The translations under genes were made by a program, and so were the position numbers. 56,938 nucleotides of DNA. It comes from a virus. Its lineage: Duplodnaviria > Caudoviricetes. Below the pieces are notes generated by a model that was given only the letters and a program-made list of their open reading frames with translations, did not search any database and had not been told where the DNA came from. This document shows positions 15,887-24,425 of the stretch, one piece after another. The DNA is taken from the IMG/VR virus record IMGVR_UViG_3300027744_000022, positions 1 through 56,938 of that record; one strand, written 5' to 3'. Position 1 is the first letter of the stretch. Every line of letters begins with the position of its first letter.

Positions 15887-15937
15887 TCTGTATTGGGATG
15901 AGTGTCCCAACTGATGAGTCTAAAAAGACGAAACAGA
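15887..15937 (+). ncRNA. Type III hammerhead ribozyme HH3
   Basis: UCUGUA^, stem I UUGGGA/UCCCAA (loop UGAGUG), CUGAUGA, stem II GUCU/AGAC (loop AAAA), GAAA, CAGA. Confidence 0.92.
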
Positions 15938-15983
15938 TTTTTAATCCGTAGGATTTAAAACCCTCCTGCATAAATAAAAAATT

Positions 15984-16322
15984 ATGAAAAGTGAAATCAA
16001 GTTCAACCACAATGCCAAATCATTGACAAGGGCGTTGGGAATGAGTCAATCAACTGAAGAGGTTGCAGTGGCTATTACAATGGCAGTAGCAAAGTGGTCT
16101 AAAGACAGTTCAGGTTCTTTTAGTTTAAGCATCCTGTCTGAGTACCTACACAAGGAGTTGTCTCATGAGGCAATCTTAATTCTTGCAACACAAAGCGTAC
16201 ACGACAAACTTCAAGATGCGTTTAAGGATAGCGGTCAGCTCAAAAAGTTAATGGAGATGCTAGAATCATTTGAGAGGAGAGAGTATGGCGATGAGATTGA
16301 AAGAAAAATAAGGGAGAATTGA
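15984..16322 (+). CDS. Hypothetical protein
   Basis: ORF track; first gene after HH3. Confidence 0.65.
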   Translation: MKSEIKFNHNAKSLTRALGMSQSTEEVAVAITMAVAKWSKDSSGSFSLSILSEYLHKELSHEAILILATQSVHDKLQDAFKDSGQLKKLMEMLESFERREYGDEIERKIREN

Positions 16323-16323
16323 T

Positions 16324-16548
16324 ATGCAAGTATTTATAATCAAGACCACAGAGTGGTCAGAGGATGACTTTTATATAATGACATCCTTAAGCGATGAGCA
16401 AATCAGGAAAGTAATTCAGCCCATTGTTAATTACGAGCGAGAGAATTATTTGGTGGGGAATCCGTTTGACTACCTATCAGCATTGCACGTAGCGTACACA
16501 AGAGCAATAATCATATCAGAGGAACATTTTGAGTCAATACAGTTATGA
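16324..16548 (+). CDS. Hypothetical protein
   Basis: ORF track. Confidence 0.55.
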   Translation: MQVFIIKTTEWSEDDFYIMTSLSDEQIRKVIQPIVNYERENYLVGNPFDYLSALHVAYTRAIIISEEHFESIQL

Positions 16549-16676
16549 TGCACTTTTTTGAAGAAGAGCCTGAGAAAGAAAATCGTATTTTTTGGGTAGT
16601 AATATTAGCAGTTGCAATAGTTGTAATTGCTTTTATTGTAGAGATTTTTGTAGGATTTTACTTAAATATAAATTAA
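16545..16676 (+). CDS. Small membrane peptide
   Basis: Hand-translated MMHFFEEEPEKENRIFWVVILAVAIVVIAFIVEIFVGFYLNIN. Confidence 0.5.
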   Translation: MMHFFEEEPEKENRIFWVVILAVAIVVIAFIVEIFVGFYLNIN

Positions 16677-16681
16677 ATCAA

Positions 16682-16918
16682 ATGGAACAGTTAACAGAGG
16701 TACAAAAAGCAAAAGCCATCTTGAAGCAACATGGTTATTTTGTAGACAATTTATGGAGTGTAAGTGACGTGACAGACCGTTACGAATGCACAGAAGAACA
16801 GGCACAAGATGTTCTTGATACGGCATTAAACAATGAAGCGACAATGGAGCAGATATTTTATGCCATTGGCGATGCGTGTGATTGTGAAAACATTGAATTA
16901 AAAGAGGAGGAAAAATAA
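16682..16918 (+). CDS. Hypothetical acidic protein
   Basis: ORF track, trimmed to ATG 16682. Confidence 0.6.
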   Translation: MEQLTEVQKAKAILKQHGYFVDNLWSVSDVTDRYECTEEQAQDVLDTALNNEATMEQIFYAIGDACDCENIELKEEEK

Positions 16919-16919
16919 C

Positions 16920-17315
16920 ATGGAAATCACAATCAAACAAACAATCAGCAGGGAGGTCTTGGAAGACATTTTTGTTACGGCATTAGAGGGTGGCAGTAAC
17001 TATTGGTACTACCTGCCTGAGGAATCAATTAAAGCAATACGCAAGGCAGTTCCTAAGTCAGAAGACCCGTATATCAGTACAGCCATTCTTAAGGCAATCT
17101 TAGACCACAATGTAAAAGTTCTTGTCAATGATGCAGAGGATGAGGATGAGTTAATTGGTATGATTACACGGGGCACTATGCAGGCAAGACTACAGTTGCT
17201 ATCAGATAGCGAACATAGGTGGGCATTAGAAAGCCATGTACGTGAGGATGGCGATGCAAGTTCAGCAGATGTAGTGTTTCAATACTTAGCGATGGGGGAG
17301 GTGGTATATGGATAA
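16920..17315 (+). CDS. Hypothetical phage protein
   Basis: ORF track; ALEGGSNYW...ADVVFQ...GEVVYG. Confidence 0.7.
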   Translation: MEITIKQTISREVLEDIFVTALEGGSNYWYYLPEESIKAIRKAVPKSEDPYISTAILKAILDHNVKVLVNDAEDEDELIGMITRGTMQARLQLLSDSEHRWALESHVREDGDASSADVVFQYLAMGEVVYG

Positions 17316-17730
17316 GCTACTAACATTGGATGAGTTGGTCGTAAACGTAACAGCGTGGGCTCAGGAGAAGGGATTACTTGAGAAACAGAATGCACCAAAG
17401 CAGATGCTTAAGATAATGGAGGAGGTCGGTGAGACCGCCTCCGCTATCCTTAAAAATGACCACGCAAAAATCATTGATGGAATCGGGGACTCATTGGTCA
17501 CGCTGATTGTATTATCAAAGCAGTTGGGTCTTGAGCCACTACATTGCTTGGAGGTTGCTTGGAATGAAATCAAAGACCGCAAGGGTAAAATGGTTGACGG
17601 GACATTTGTAAAAGAATCAGTGTTTAGCACTACTCATTTTATTACTCCTGAGTCTTGGGAGAAGGCTGATAAGATTACGCACGATGGTTTTGTGTATGTA
17701 AAGTACAATGATTTATTGGCAGTCAAATAA
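17308..17730 (+). CDS. mazG: MazG-like nucleotide pyrophosphohydrolase
   Basis: KIMEEVGE...DGIGD..VTL...AWNEIKDRKG. Confidence 0.85.
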   Translation: MDKLLTLDELVVNVTAWAQEKGLLEKQNAPKQMLKIMEEVGETASAILKNDHAKIIDGIGDSLVTLIVLSKQLGLEPLHCLEVAWNEIKDRKGKMVDGTFVKESVFSTTHFITPESWEKADKITHDGFVYVKYNDLLAVK

Positions 17731-17745
17731 ATTGTACTATATTTG
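17715..17745 (+). promoter_or_regulatory. Probable promoter
   Basis: ATTG-N19-TATATTTG, followed by hairpin GTGGGC-AAAT-GCCCAC (17768-17783). Confidence 0.55.
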
Positions 17746-17798
17746 TATAAAAATTAATCATATTAACGTGGGCAAATGCCCACATAAACTTTAATCAA

Positions 17799-18020
17799 AT
17801 GGAGAATCTAATTGACACCGGTAGGTTTATATGCAAGGAATCATTCCTTAAAAAGAATCCAACAAAAAACCTATTAAAAGAGTGTACTGACGTTGTAGCC
17901 TATGCTGACGGGTATTACATTCAGGTTTTGAAGTCAGGAGAGTTTTACGTAGACGATACATTTAAGAGTCGCTCACTTGACGAATCGGAAGCAAAATTGT
18001 TAGAAAAAATTGACAAATAA
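17799..18020 (+). CDS. Hypothetical protein
   Basis: ORF track. Confidence 0.6.
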   Translation: MENLIDTGRFICKESFLKKNPTKNLLKECTDVVAYADGYYIQVLKSGEFYVDDTFKSRSLDESEAKLLEKIDK

Positions 18021-18073
18021 TTGAACGATGTATGAACATATTCACTATATTTGTTTTAAATTAATTAGAAGTT

Positions 18074-18376
18074 ATGAAGCAAGATGTTTTTAATCAGTAC
18101 GTGGAAAGGGTCTCTGACCTTTTTGGCGTACATAGGGACGAGATGTTCTCTAAGTCAAAGAAGAGGGAGTGTGTAGATGCGAGGCATTTGGTATATTACT
18201 TATGCAATAAGAGACCTATGCAGGTAACATACATCCAAAAGTATATGAGAGATGCGGGATACGAAATCAAGCATTCATCAATCATCTACGGAATCGCTTC
18301 TGTTGAGCAGAAGATGGAGGAAGACAGGGACTACGTGTCCATTGTCAAAGAGGTAGAGAGAGCAGTATTTATTTAA
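18074..18376 (+). CDS. DnaA C-terminal-like HTH protein
   Basis: SKSKKRECVDARHLVYYL...HSSIIYG; TATATTTG at 18046-18053. Confidence 0.7.
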   Translation: MKQDVFNQYVERVSDLFGVHRDEMFSKSKKRECVDARHLVYYLCNKRPMQVTYIQKYMRDAGYEIKHSSIIYGIASVEQKMEEDRDYVSIVKEVERAVFI

Positions 18377-18400
18377 TCAAATCAAATCAAATCAAATCAA

Positions 18401-19033
18401 ATGGAAAAGAAAAAATCAGTTTTCGAAAGGCTATCCGCCATCAATGTGAATGAGCACGTTGAGAAGAAAAAAGACCTTACCTACCTATCATGGGCGTGGG
18501 CATGGTCAGCAACTAAACGTGAGTGTCCTGATGCTACCTATAAAGTATTGGATACAGACTACGATGATGCCCTCGGGTTTATGTGTAACACTAGCGTAAC
18601 CATTGAGGGAGAGACATTGCAGATGTGGCTACCGGTTATGGATAGTTCAAACAAGTCAATGCTTAAGCGTTCTTATACCTACAGCACACGCTTTGGCGAT
18701 AAGACAGTTGAGCCTGCAACAAGTTTCGACATTAACAAGACTTTGATGCGTTGCTTGGTGAAGAACCTTGCTATGTTCGGTATGGGAATCTATATCTATG
18801 CAGGTGAGGATTTACCTGAGGGTGAGCCTGCGGTTGCAAAGAAGCCTGAACTTGCGGTGGCAAAAGAATTACCTGAGTTACAAAAGGGTACAGAGATTTG
18901 GGATGCCGTTGTTAAGTACGTAACAACCAACAAGGCTTTAGGTCTTGAGAAGATTGGTGGTCAGTTAGTTCGTAAGTACAAGATTAGTCCTGCTATCAAG
19001 AAAGAAATTGCTAACCTTATAAACGCACAGTAA
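18401..19033 (+). CDS. Sak-type single-strand annealing protein (DUF1071-like)
   Basis: LTYLSWAWAW, MWLPVMD, DINKTLMRCLVK..A.FG.G.YIYAGEDLP. Confidence 0.85.
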   Translation: MEKKKSVFERLSAINVNEHVEKKKDLTYLSWAWAWSATKRECPDATYKVLDTDYDDALGFMCNTSVTIEGETLQMWLPVMDSSNKSMLKRSYTYSTRFGDKTVEPATSFDINKTLMRCLVKNLAMFGMGIYIYAGEDLPEGEPAVAKKPELAVAKELPELQKGTEIWDAVVKYVTTNKALGLEKIGGQLVRKYKISPAIKKEIANLINAQ

Positions 19034-19776
19034 TGAAAGAGGAATTAGAAATAATAACAGAATTACGTGATGATTATCAATACTACAAAGGTGTAGGAAA
19101 GCATTATCTATCCAACTCAGACATAGGCGTGTTGCTCAGTAACCCTCAGGACTTCGGTAAGGATAGGGAAGACAGCAAAGCGTTCATGGATGGCAGATAC
19201 TTCCATCAGTTAATCTTAGAGCCTGAGAGGGCTAAAGAGATGTTAAGCGTTGATGTGAGTACACGTACAACCAAAGAGTACAAAGCGTTCTGTGAGGATA
19301 ACAATCTTCCATTTTGTATGCTTAAGAAGGAGCAGGATGAGATACAAGGTCTTGTGAACATTATTAATGGGAACATTGCGTTCTACGATGAGATTTACAA
19401 GGCAGGGAATCTGTATGAGACTCCGGCAGTTGGTATGATACAAGGCGTGATGTGGAAGGGTAAGGCGGACATTGTTACAGATGACTCCGTGATTGACCTT
19501 AAGACTACGAGCGACATTCATAAGTTCAAGTGGACTGCAAAGGCATACAACTACGACTCTCAGTGCTATATCTATCAGAGTTTGTTTGGGAAGCCATTGG
19601 TGTTCTACGTGATTGACAAGGGCACAGGTGTTCTTGGAATCTTTAGACCAACAGAAGACTTTGTAAAAGGTGGCGAGTTAAAGGTAGGCAGAGCGATTGA
19701 GGTGTTTAATAAATACTTTGGTTCTGCTCCATCAGATGACATTGTCAACTATTACATTGACGAGTATCTATTATAA
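19033..19776 (+). CDS. PD-(D/E)XK exonuclease (RecE/ExoVIII-like)
   Basis: LSNS, G..FH, KGKAD, IDLKTT, Y..Q...Y; coupled to the annealing protein gene. Confidence 0.8.
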   Translation: MKEELEIITELRDDYQYYKGVGKHYLSNSDIGVLLSNPQDFGKDREDSKAFMDGRYFHQLILEPERAKEMLSVDVSTRTTKEYKAFCEDNNLPFCMLKKEQDEIQGLVNIINGNIAFYDEIYKAGNLYETPAVGMIQGVMWKGKADIVTDDSVIDLKTTSDIHKFKWTAKAYNYDSQCYIYQSLFGKPLVFYVIDKGTGVLGIFRPTEDFVKGGELKVGRAIEVFNKYFGSAPSDDIVNYYIDEYLL

Positions 19777-19782
19777 AAAAAT

Positions 19783-19798
19783 GTGTCTGTAAAGACAC
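19783..19798. repeat. Palindrome GTGTCT-GTAA-AGACAC
   Basis: Exact match, 4 nt before tRNA-like element 1. Confidence 0.9.
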
Positions 19799-19802
19799 AA
19801 AT

Positions 19803-19876
19803 GGTCAGGTGGCGTAGTTTTTCCTCATAGTTTTTTACGTGTTGGTACTTCATGGGTTCGAATCCCATCCTGACCT
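19803..19876 (+). ncRNA. tRNA-like element 1 (no anticodon arm)
   Basis: Acceptor GGTCAGG/CCTGACC and T-arm ATGGG-TTCGAAT-CCCAT; the middle cannot form an anticodon arm. Confidence 0.65.
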
Positions 19877-19897
19877 CAATTGCTTATATAATAAAAA

Positions 19898-20113
19898 ATG
19901 GAAAACAAAATAATATATTGGACTACAAAAGATGGTCAAAAAATAGATATAATGTCTATGGATGTTAACCATCTACGTAATGTTCTTAAAATGATTGTGA
20001 ACAATAGTAGCAATCGTAAAAAAAGTTTTAGTCTTAATGGTGATATGGCTAATATGTTCAATGATGATATGCAAAATTATCAATATGAATGTACTGAAAT
20101 AGATATTTATTAA
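19898..20113 (+). CDS. Hypothetical protein between the tRNA-like elements
   Basis: ORF track; WTTKDGQKI.I..M...HL.N. Confidence 0.65.
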   Translation: MENKIIYWTTKDGQKIDIMSMDVNHLRNVLKMIVNNSSNRKKSFSLNGDMANMFNDDMQNYQYECTEIDIY

Positions 20114-20115
20114 TT

Positions 20116-20188
20116 AGTCAGGTGGCGAAAATGGTTAAACGCTATGGGCGACTGCTCTATTGTATAGGTTCGAATCCTGTCCTGACTA
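20116..20188 (+). tRNA. tRNA-like element 2 / pseudo-tRNA (nominal anticodon ACT, G33)
   Basis: Acceptor AGTCAGG/CCTGACT, D-arm GCG/CGC with GG, T-arm ATAGG-TTCGAAT-CCTGT; weak anticodon stem. Confidence 0.6.
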
Positions 20189-20265
20189 CACCCAATCATT
20201 AACTTAGCCTCAGAGGTTAGTGGTTGGTAAACATAGCCTGAGGCAATACTTAACAATTAAACACA

Positions 20266-20544
20266 ATGGCACAAGACGAAAAAATCTTTGCAGACGGTTT
20301 CTCATTTAAGAGAAGCGAAAAAGCCCCTGACTTTGTAGTGGGCAGATTATCAATGAAAGCAGATGATGCGGTAGCATTCATCAGGACGCACGAGAAAGGC
20401 GGGTGGGTAAACCTAAACATTAAGACTGCCCGTAGTGGCAATCACTATGTTGAGTTGGATACCTATGAGCCCAATCAAGGTGCAACAAAAGCAAAGCCGG
20501 CACCTGTTCAGGCTGACGTGGAGGATGACGATATTCCATTTTAA
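20266..20544 (+). CDS. Putative single-stranded DNA-binding protein
   Basis: Acidic C-terminal EDDDIPF tail; in the recombination/replication module. Confidence 0.65.
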   Translation: MAQDEKIFADGFSFKRSEKAPDFVVGRLSMKADDAVAFIRTHEKGGWVNLNIKTARSGNHYVELDTYEPNQGATKAKPAPVQADVEDDDIPF

Positions 20545-20569
20545 TCCAATACCAATTAAAATAAAAATT

Positions 20570-20595
20570 GGGGGAGTCTATCTTCCCCTTTTTTT
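20570..20595 (+). terminator. Intrinsic terminator
   Basis: GGGGGAG-TCTAT-CTTCCCC followed by T7. Confidence 0.75.
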
Positions 20596-20605
20596 GTCTC
20601 TAATG

Positions 20606-20765
20606 AATGACAGAAATGTCAATAAATTTTTTCCTATACTACTATATATATAATATTACTATTCTTTATTATTTTAATTTATATTATAGAGAAAAAATCG
20701 ACATTATCGACATTAAATTAATAATCAGATAGTTAACTAAAGAAAATCGACATAAAACCGACATA
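20606..20765. repeat. TCGACAT iteron array, copy 2 (origin-like)
   Basis: Homologous to 9301-9470; TCGACAT at 20698, 20707, 20747 and CCGACAT at 20758. Confidence 0.75.
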
Positions 20766-20767
20766 GT

Positions 20768-23188
20768 ATGACACAAAATGTGACGATATTCCAAAATATA
20801 AGGGAAACTGATACTCCTTTCTTCCGTGATGTACACATAATCCTAGACAGGATTAAGGATGGAGCAGGTGCAACAAAGGAATTGGTAAAGAAAATACGCT
20901 TAGAAAAGCGTAAGCCTGAGAGACAGGAACTAAAGAAACAACTGCCTGCAATATGTTTTAGTGGTACGTTCAACAAAAGAACTGATGCATCATTGCTTGA
21001 GCACTCAGGATTGATATGCTTAGACTTTGATGGATACCTAAAGCAGAAAGAATTATTACAAGACAAAGAGGGTTTATCCAAAAACAAATATGTATTCTCT
21101 GTGTTTATTTCACCATCAGGAAATGGATTAAAAGTATTGGTTAAAATTCCGGCAGATGCAGAGAGCCATACATTGTACTTCAATAGCTTAGAGAAGTACT
21201 TTAACAGCCCTTATTTTGATAAGACGAGTAAGAACCTCAGTAGAGTATGTTACGAGTCCTACGACCCTCTAATTGCGGTCAACGAGAATTCCTCTATTTG
21301 GGACGTGATTGAGGAGCCTGAGTACACGGAGGTGAGCAGGTCAAGAGACAAAGCTACCATACCCATTACAGATGAGAATAAGATTGTAGAGATACTTGTA
21401 AAGTGGTGGGAGAAAAAGTATCCAATGAGCGAGGGACAGCGTAATCAGAACGCATACGTTCTTGCTATGGCATTTAATGACTTCGGTATCAACAAGAGCC
21501 TTGCCTCATACGTGCTAAATCAGTTTGCATCAGAAGACTTTACGCTCAGAGAGATTGGTACAACCATTGACTCAGCGTACAGACAAGTTGCGAACTTCGG
21601 AACTAAATACTACGAGGATGAGGAACGCATCAACAGTATTAAGGCAAAGCTAAGACGTGGCGTATCAAAAAAAGAAATCCGCATCCAATTGCAAGACTCC
21701 AACTTGGATAGCGATACCATTGAGTCCGTACTTAATAAGGTTGAGGAAGAGAATGCAATGCAGACCTTTTGGGACAGGAACGATAGAGGAGTCATTAGGA
21801 TAGTACACATACACTTAAAGCAATTCTTGGAGGACAATGGGTTCTATAAGTATTGTCCTGAGGGTGGTAAGAACTACATATTCGTTAAGGTTACTAACAA
21901 TTTAATTGACCACACATCTGAGAAGGAGATAAAAGACTTCGTGCTTACGCACCTGTTGGAGTTGGATGACATAGCTGTATACAATTATTTTGCAGACAAT
22001 ACACGATTCTTTAAGGAAGAGTTTCTATCCTTGCTGTCAACGATTGAGATTTACTTTATTGCAGACAATAAATACACATCATACCTATACTACAAGAACT
22101 GTGCAGTAAAAATTACAAAGGATGGCATTACAACCCTTGACTACTTAGACTTGGGTGGTTATGTTTGGAAAGACCACGTTATAGATAGGACGTTCAACCT
22201 GTGTAGTATAACAGATGCGTGTGACTTCAAGAGGTTTGTAAGTAATATTAACGGAGGAGACCTAGAGCGAGTAAAGACAATGGAGAGCACGATAGGATTC
22301 CTGTTGCATGGATACAAGAACTTATCGTTCTGCCCTGCCGTGATTCTTAATGATGAGGTGATTAGCGATAATCCTGAGGGTGGTACAGGAAAGGGATTAA
22401 TTATGAATGCACTGAGCAAGATGAAAAAGTTGGTCGTTATTGATGGCAAGTCATTTGCATTTGAGCGTAGCTTCGCCTATCAGTTGGTGTCAGCAGACAC
22501 GCAGATACTTTGTTTTGATGACGTAAAGAAACATTTTGACTTCGAGCGTTTGTTCAGTGTCGTGACCGAAGGTCTGACACTTGAGAAAAAGAACAAAGAC
22601 GCTATCAAGATTCCGTTCAGCAGGTCTCCAAAGATTGCTATTACTACGAACTATGCAATTAAAGGTACAGGAAATTCATTTGCAAGACGTAAGTGGGAGT
22701 TGGAACTGCATCAGTATTATACTAAAGAATATACGCCACTTGATGAGTTTGGTAAGTTAATGTTTGGAGATTGGAGCGATGACGATTGGTGTGAGTTTGA
22801 CAACTACATGATAGGATGCCTAATGAACTATTTGAATACGGGTCTTGTAAAGAGTAAGTTTGTCAACCTTAAGATTCGTCAGCTATCAGCAGAGACTTGT
22901 CATGAGTTTATTGAATGGTGTGGATTGGTAGATAGCACAGATAAGAGCGTAGTCTTACAGCCAAATACAAGACTTTATAAAAATGAGTTGTACTCCAACT
23001 TTATTGATGAGTACCCTGATTACGCACCGAGAGGTAGGATGAGCGTCAGTAGGACTAAGTTTTATAAATGGATTATTGCCTACGCCCTTTACAAAGAGGG
23101 TGTAATGCCGGAGGAAGACAGAGACCAAAGTGGACGATGGATAATAATCAGAAGTAAGCCTGAGACATTTCAGGAGCAAATATTTTAA
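20768..23188 (+). CDS. Primase-helicase (VirE-N/BT4734-like primase, PriCT, SF3 helicase)
   Basis: K..LPAICFSG, ICLDFD, SPSGNGLK, GQRN, Walker A GGTGKG, CFDD, ITTN. Confidence 0.85.
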   Translation: MTQNVTIFQNIRETDTPFFRDVHIILDRIKDGAGATKELVKKIRLEKRKPERQELKKQLPAICFSGTFNKRTDASLLEHSGLICLDFDGYLKQKELLQDKEGLSKNKYVFSVFISPSGNGLKVLVKIPADAESHTLYFNSLEKYFNSPYFDKTSKNLSRVCYESYDPLIAVNENSSIWDVIEEPEYTEVSRSRDKATIPITDENKIVEILVKWWEKKYPMSEGQRNQNAYVLAMAFNDFGINKSLASYVLNQFASEDFTLREIGTTIDSAYRQVANFGTKYYEDEERINSIKAKLRRGVSKKEIRIQLQDSNLDSDTIESVLNKVEEENAMQTFWDRNDRGVIRIVHIHLKQFLEDNGFYKYCPEGGKNYIFVKVTNNLIDHTSEKEIKDFVLTHLLELDDIAVYNYFADNTRFFKEEFLSLLSTIEIYFIADNKYTSYLYYKNCAVKITKDGITTLDYLDLGGYVWKDHVIDRTFNLCSITDACDFKRFVSNINGGDLERVKTMESTIGFLLHGYKNLSFCPAVILNDEVISDNPEGGTGKGLIMNALSKMKKLVVIDGKSFAFERSFAYQLVSADTQILCFDDVKKHFDFERLFSVVTEGLTLEKKNKDAIKIPFSRSPKIAITTNYAIKGTGNSFARRKWELELHQYYTKEYTPLDEFGKLMFGDWSDDDWCEFDNYMIGCLMNYLNTGLVKSKFVNLKIRQLSAETCHEFIEWCGLVDSTDKSVVLQPNTRLYKNELYSNFIDEYPDYAPRGRMSVSRTKFYKWIIAYALYKEGVMPEEDRDQSGRWIIIRSKPETFQEQIF

Positions 23189-23198
23189 ACAAAAAGCT

Positions 23199-23426
23199 AT
23201 GACAGCACAAGAAAAAACAAAACAATTAGTTAGTATTAATTCAGTTACTATACTCAGTGAAGTAGGTAGTAAGCTAACTATGTATGAAATTAAAGAGATA
23301 GCTAAACAATTTGCATTACTTTCAGCAGATGAGGTACTAAGTACCCTATATGATTATCATTATGATTCCGGAAGTGGAGCATACGACTATTGGCAAGAAG
23401 TTAAACAAGAAATAGAAAAGTTATGA
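23199..23426 (+). CDS. Hypothetical protein
   Basis: ORF track. Confidence 0.6.
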   Translation: MTAQEKTKQLVSINSVTILSEVGSKLTMYEIKEIAKQFALLSADEVLSTLYDYHYDSGSGAYDYWQEVKQEIEKL

Positions 23427-24043
23427 TACTAAATTCAAGTATACCGAATTTTAAAGCTATGGTAAAGAAATCTTACTTTACTAAGGATGAAAGAGACAAA
23501 GATGAATACTACAATGTTTATGTGTTTGGTATTCAATCATGCAGTGGTAAGATACTTACCTTTCATGTGATAACTGACTCAGGAATGCTAAGGAGCAGAG
23601 TACCAATTTCAGAGATATACACTAAAATACCAACGAATAACATTCCGTTTAACTACAAGCAGTTATGGGACTGCTTTAGCGAGAATGTGTCTGTTGTTGA
23701 GTACGAATTTTTAGGATTCCACAGGGCTCATGTTGTATTAAGAGATGGCACCAAGGTGTGGGCTACCTATATGTTTACAGTTGATTGGTATAACAATCCA
23801 TACAGCGATGAGCCATCAGACTACAAGTGTGGTCATATATTAAAATCTGATGATGGTTATTTACTTTGTATGCCCAACAATAGAGTATTTTGGAAGGATT
23901 CTAATTGGGTAACAAAACAATTGCCTGAAGATTTAAAGCAGTTTAAAGTAGATACTGAACTACATTCTGTAGAAAACCAATCAGATAGGTGGGTATCTGA
24001 AGATAATAATTCTTTTTACTATAACATAAATAAAGAAAACTAA
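23423..24043 (+). CDS. Hypothetical phage protein
   Basis: ORF track; QLWDCFS, YMFTVDW, PNNR motifs. Confidence 0.7.
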   Translation: MILNSSIPNFKAMVKKSYFTKDERDKDEYYNVYVFGIQSCSGKILTFHVITDSGMLRSRVPISEIYTKIPTNNIPFNYKQLWDCFSENVSVVEYEFLGFHRAHVVLRDGTKVWATYMFTVDWYNNPYSDEPSDYKCGHILKSDDGYLLCMPNNRVFWKDSNWVTKQLPEDLKQFKVDTELHSVENQSDRWVSEDNNSFYYNINKEN

Positions 24044-24420
24044 TGCTACTTGTTAAAAATTATATAGCTGTATCTCAAGGCAAAGGGTTTGGACTATTTG
24101 CTTCAGAGTTTATTCCAAAAGATACTTTAATATGGCAGTTTGTTGAAGGCTTTGACATAAAGGTTCATAAAGATAAATATGAAACATTAACTAACATTCA
24201 AAAAAAACATATTGATACTTACTTTTGGAGAGAGGGTGATTATTTATATTCGTCTTGCGACCATTCAAACTTTCAAAATCATAGTAATAATCCAAACTCT
24301 ATTTGTTTAGATGAATATAAAATGATTGCATTAAGAGATATATGTAAAGACGAAGAAATATTAGTGGATTATAAAGATTTTGACGATGACTTTAATTCTT
24401 ATAAAGATATACTAATATAA
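24043..24420 (+). CDS. SET-domain protein (putative lysine methyltransferase)
   Basis: GKGFGLFA, NHS..PN, IALRDI...EEI.VDY. Confidence 0.85.
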   Translation: MLLVKNYIAVSQGKGFGLFASEFIPKDTLIWQFVEGFDIKVHKDKYETLTNIQKKHIDTYFWREGDYLYSSCDHSNFQNHSNNPNSICLDEYKMIALRDICKDEEILVDYKDFDDDFNSYKDILI

Positions 24421-24425
24421 AGAAA

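Noticed and set aside
10164-19798. Palindromic repeats as a CRISPR array
   Set aside because: Copies are 0.8-4 kb apart and separated by whole genes; no cas genes are present.
20116-20188. Functional tRNA-Ser(ACT)
   Set aside because: G33, a weak anticodon stem and no long variable arm argue against it; kept only as tRNA-like.
22487-22500. GTGTC-AGCA-GACAC in the primase gene as another palindrome copy
   Set aside because: The spacer is 2 nt too short for the consensus.
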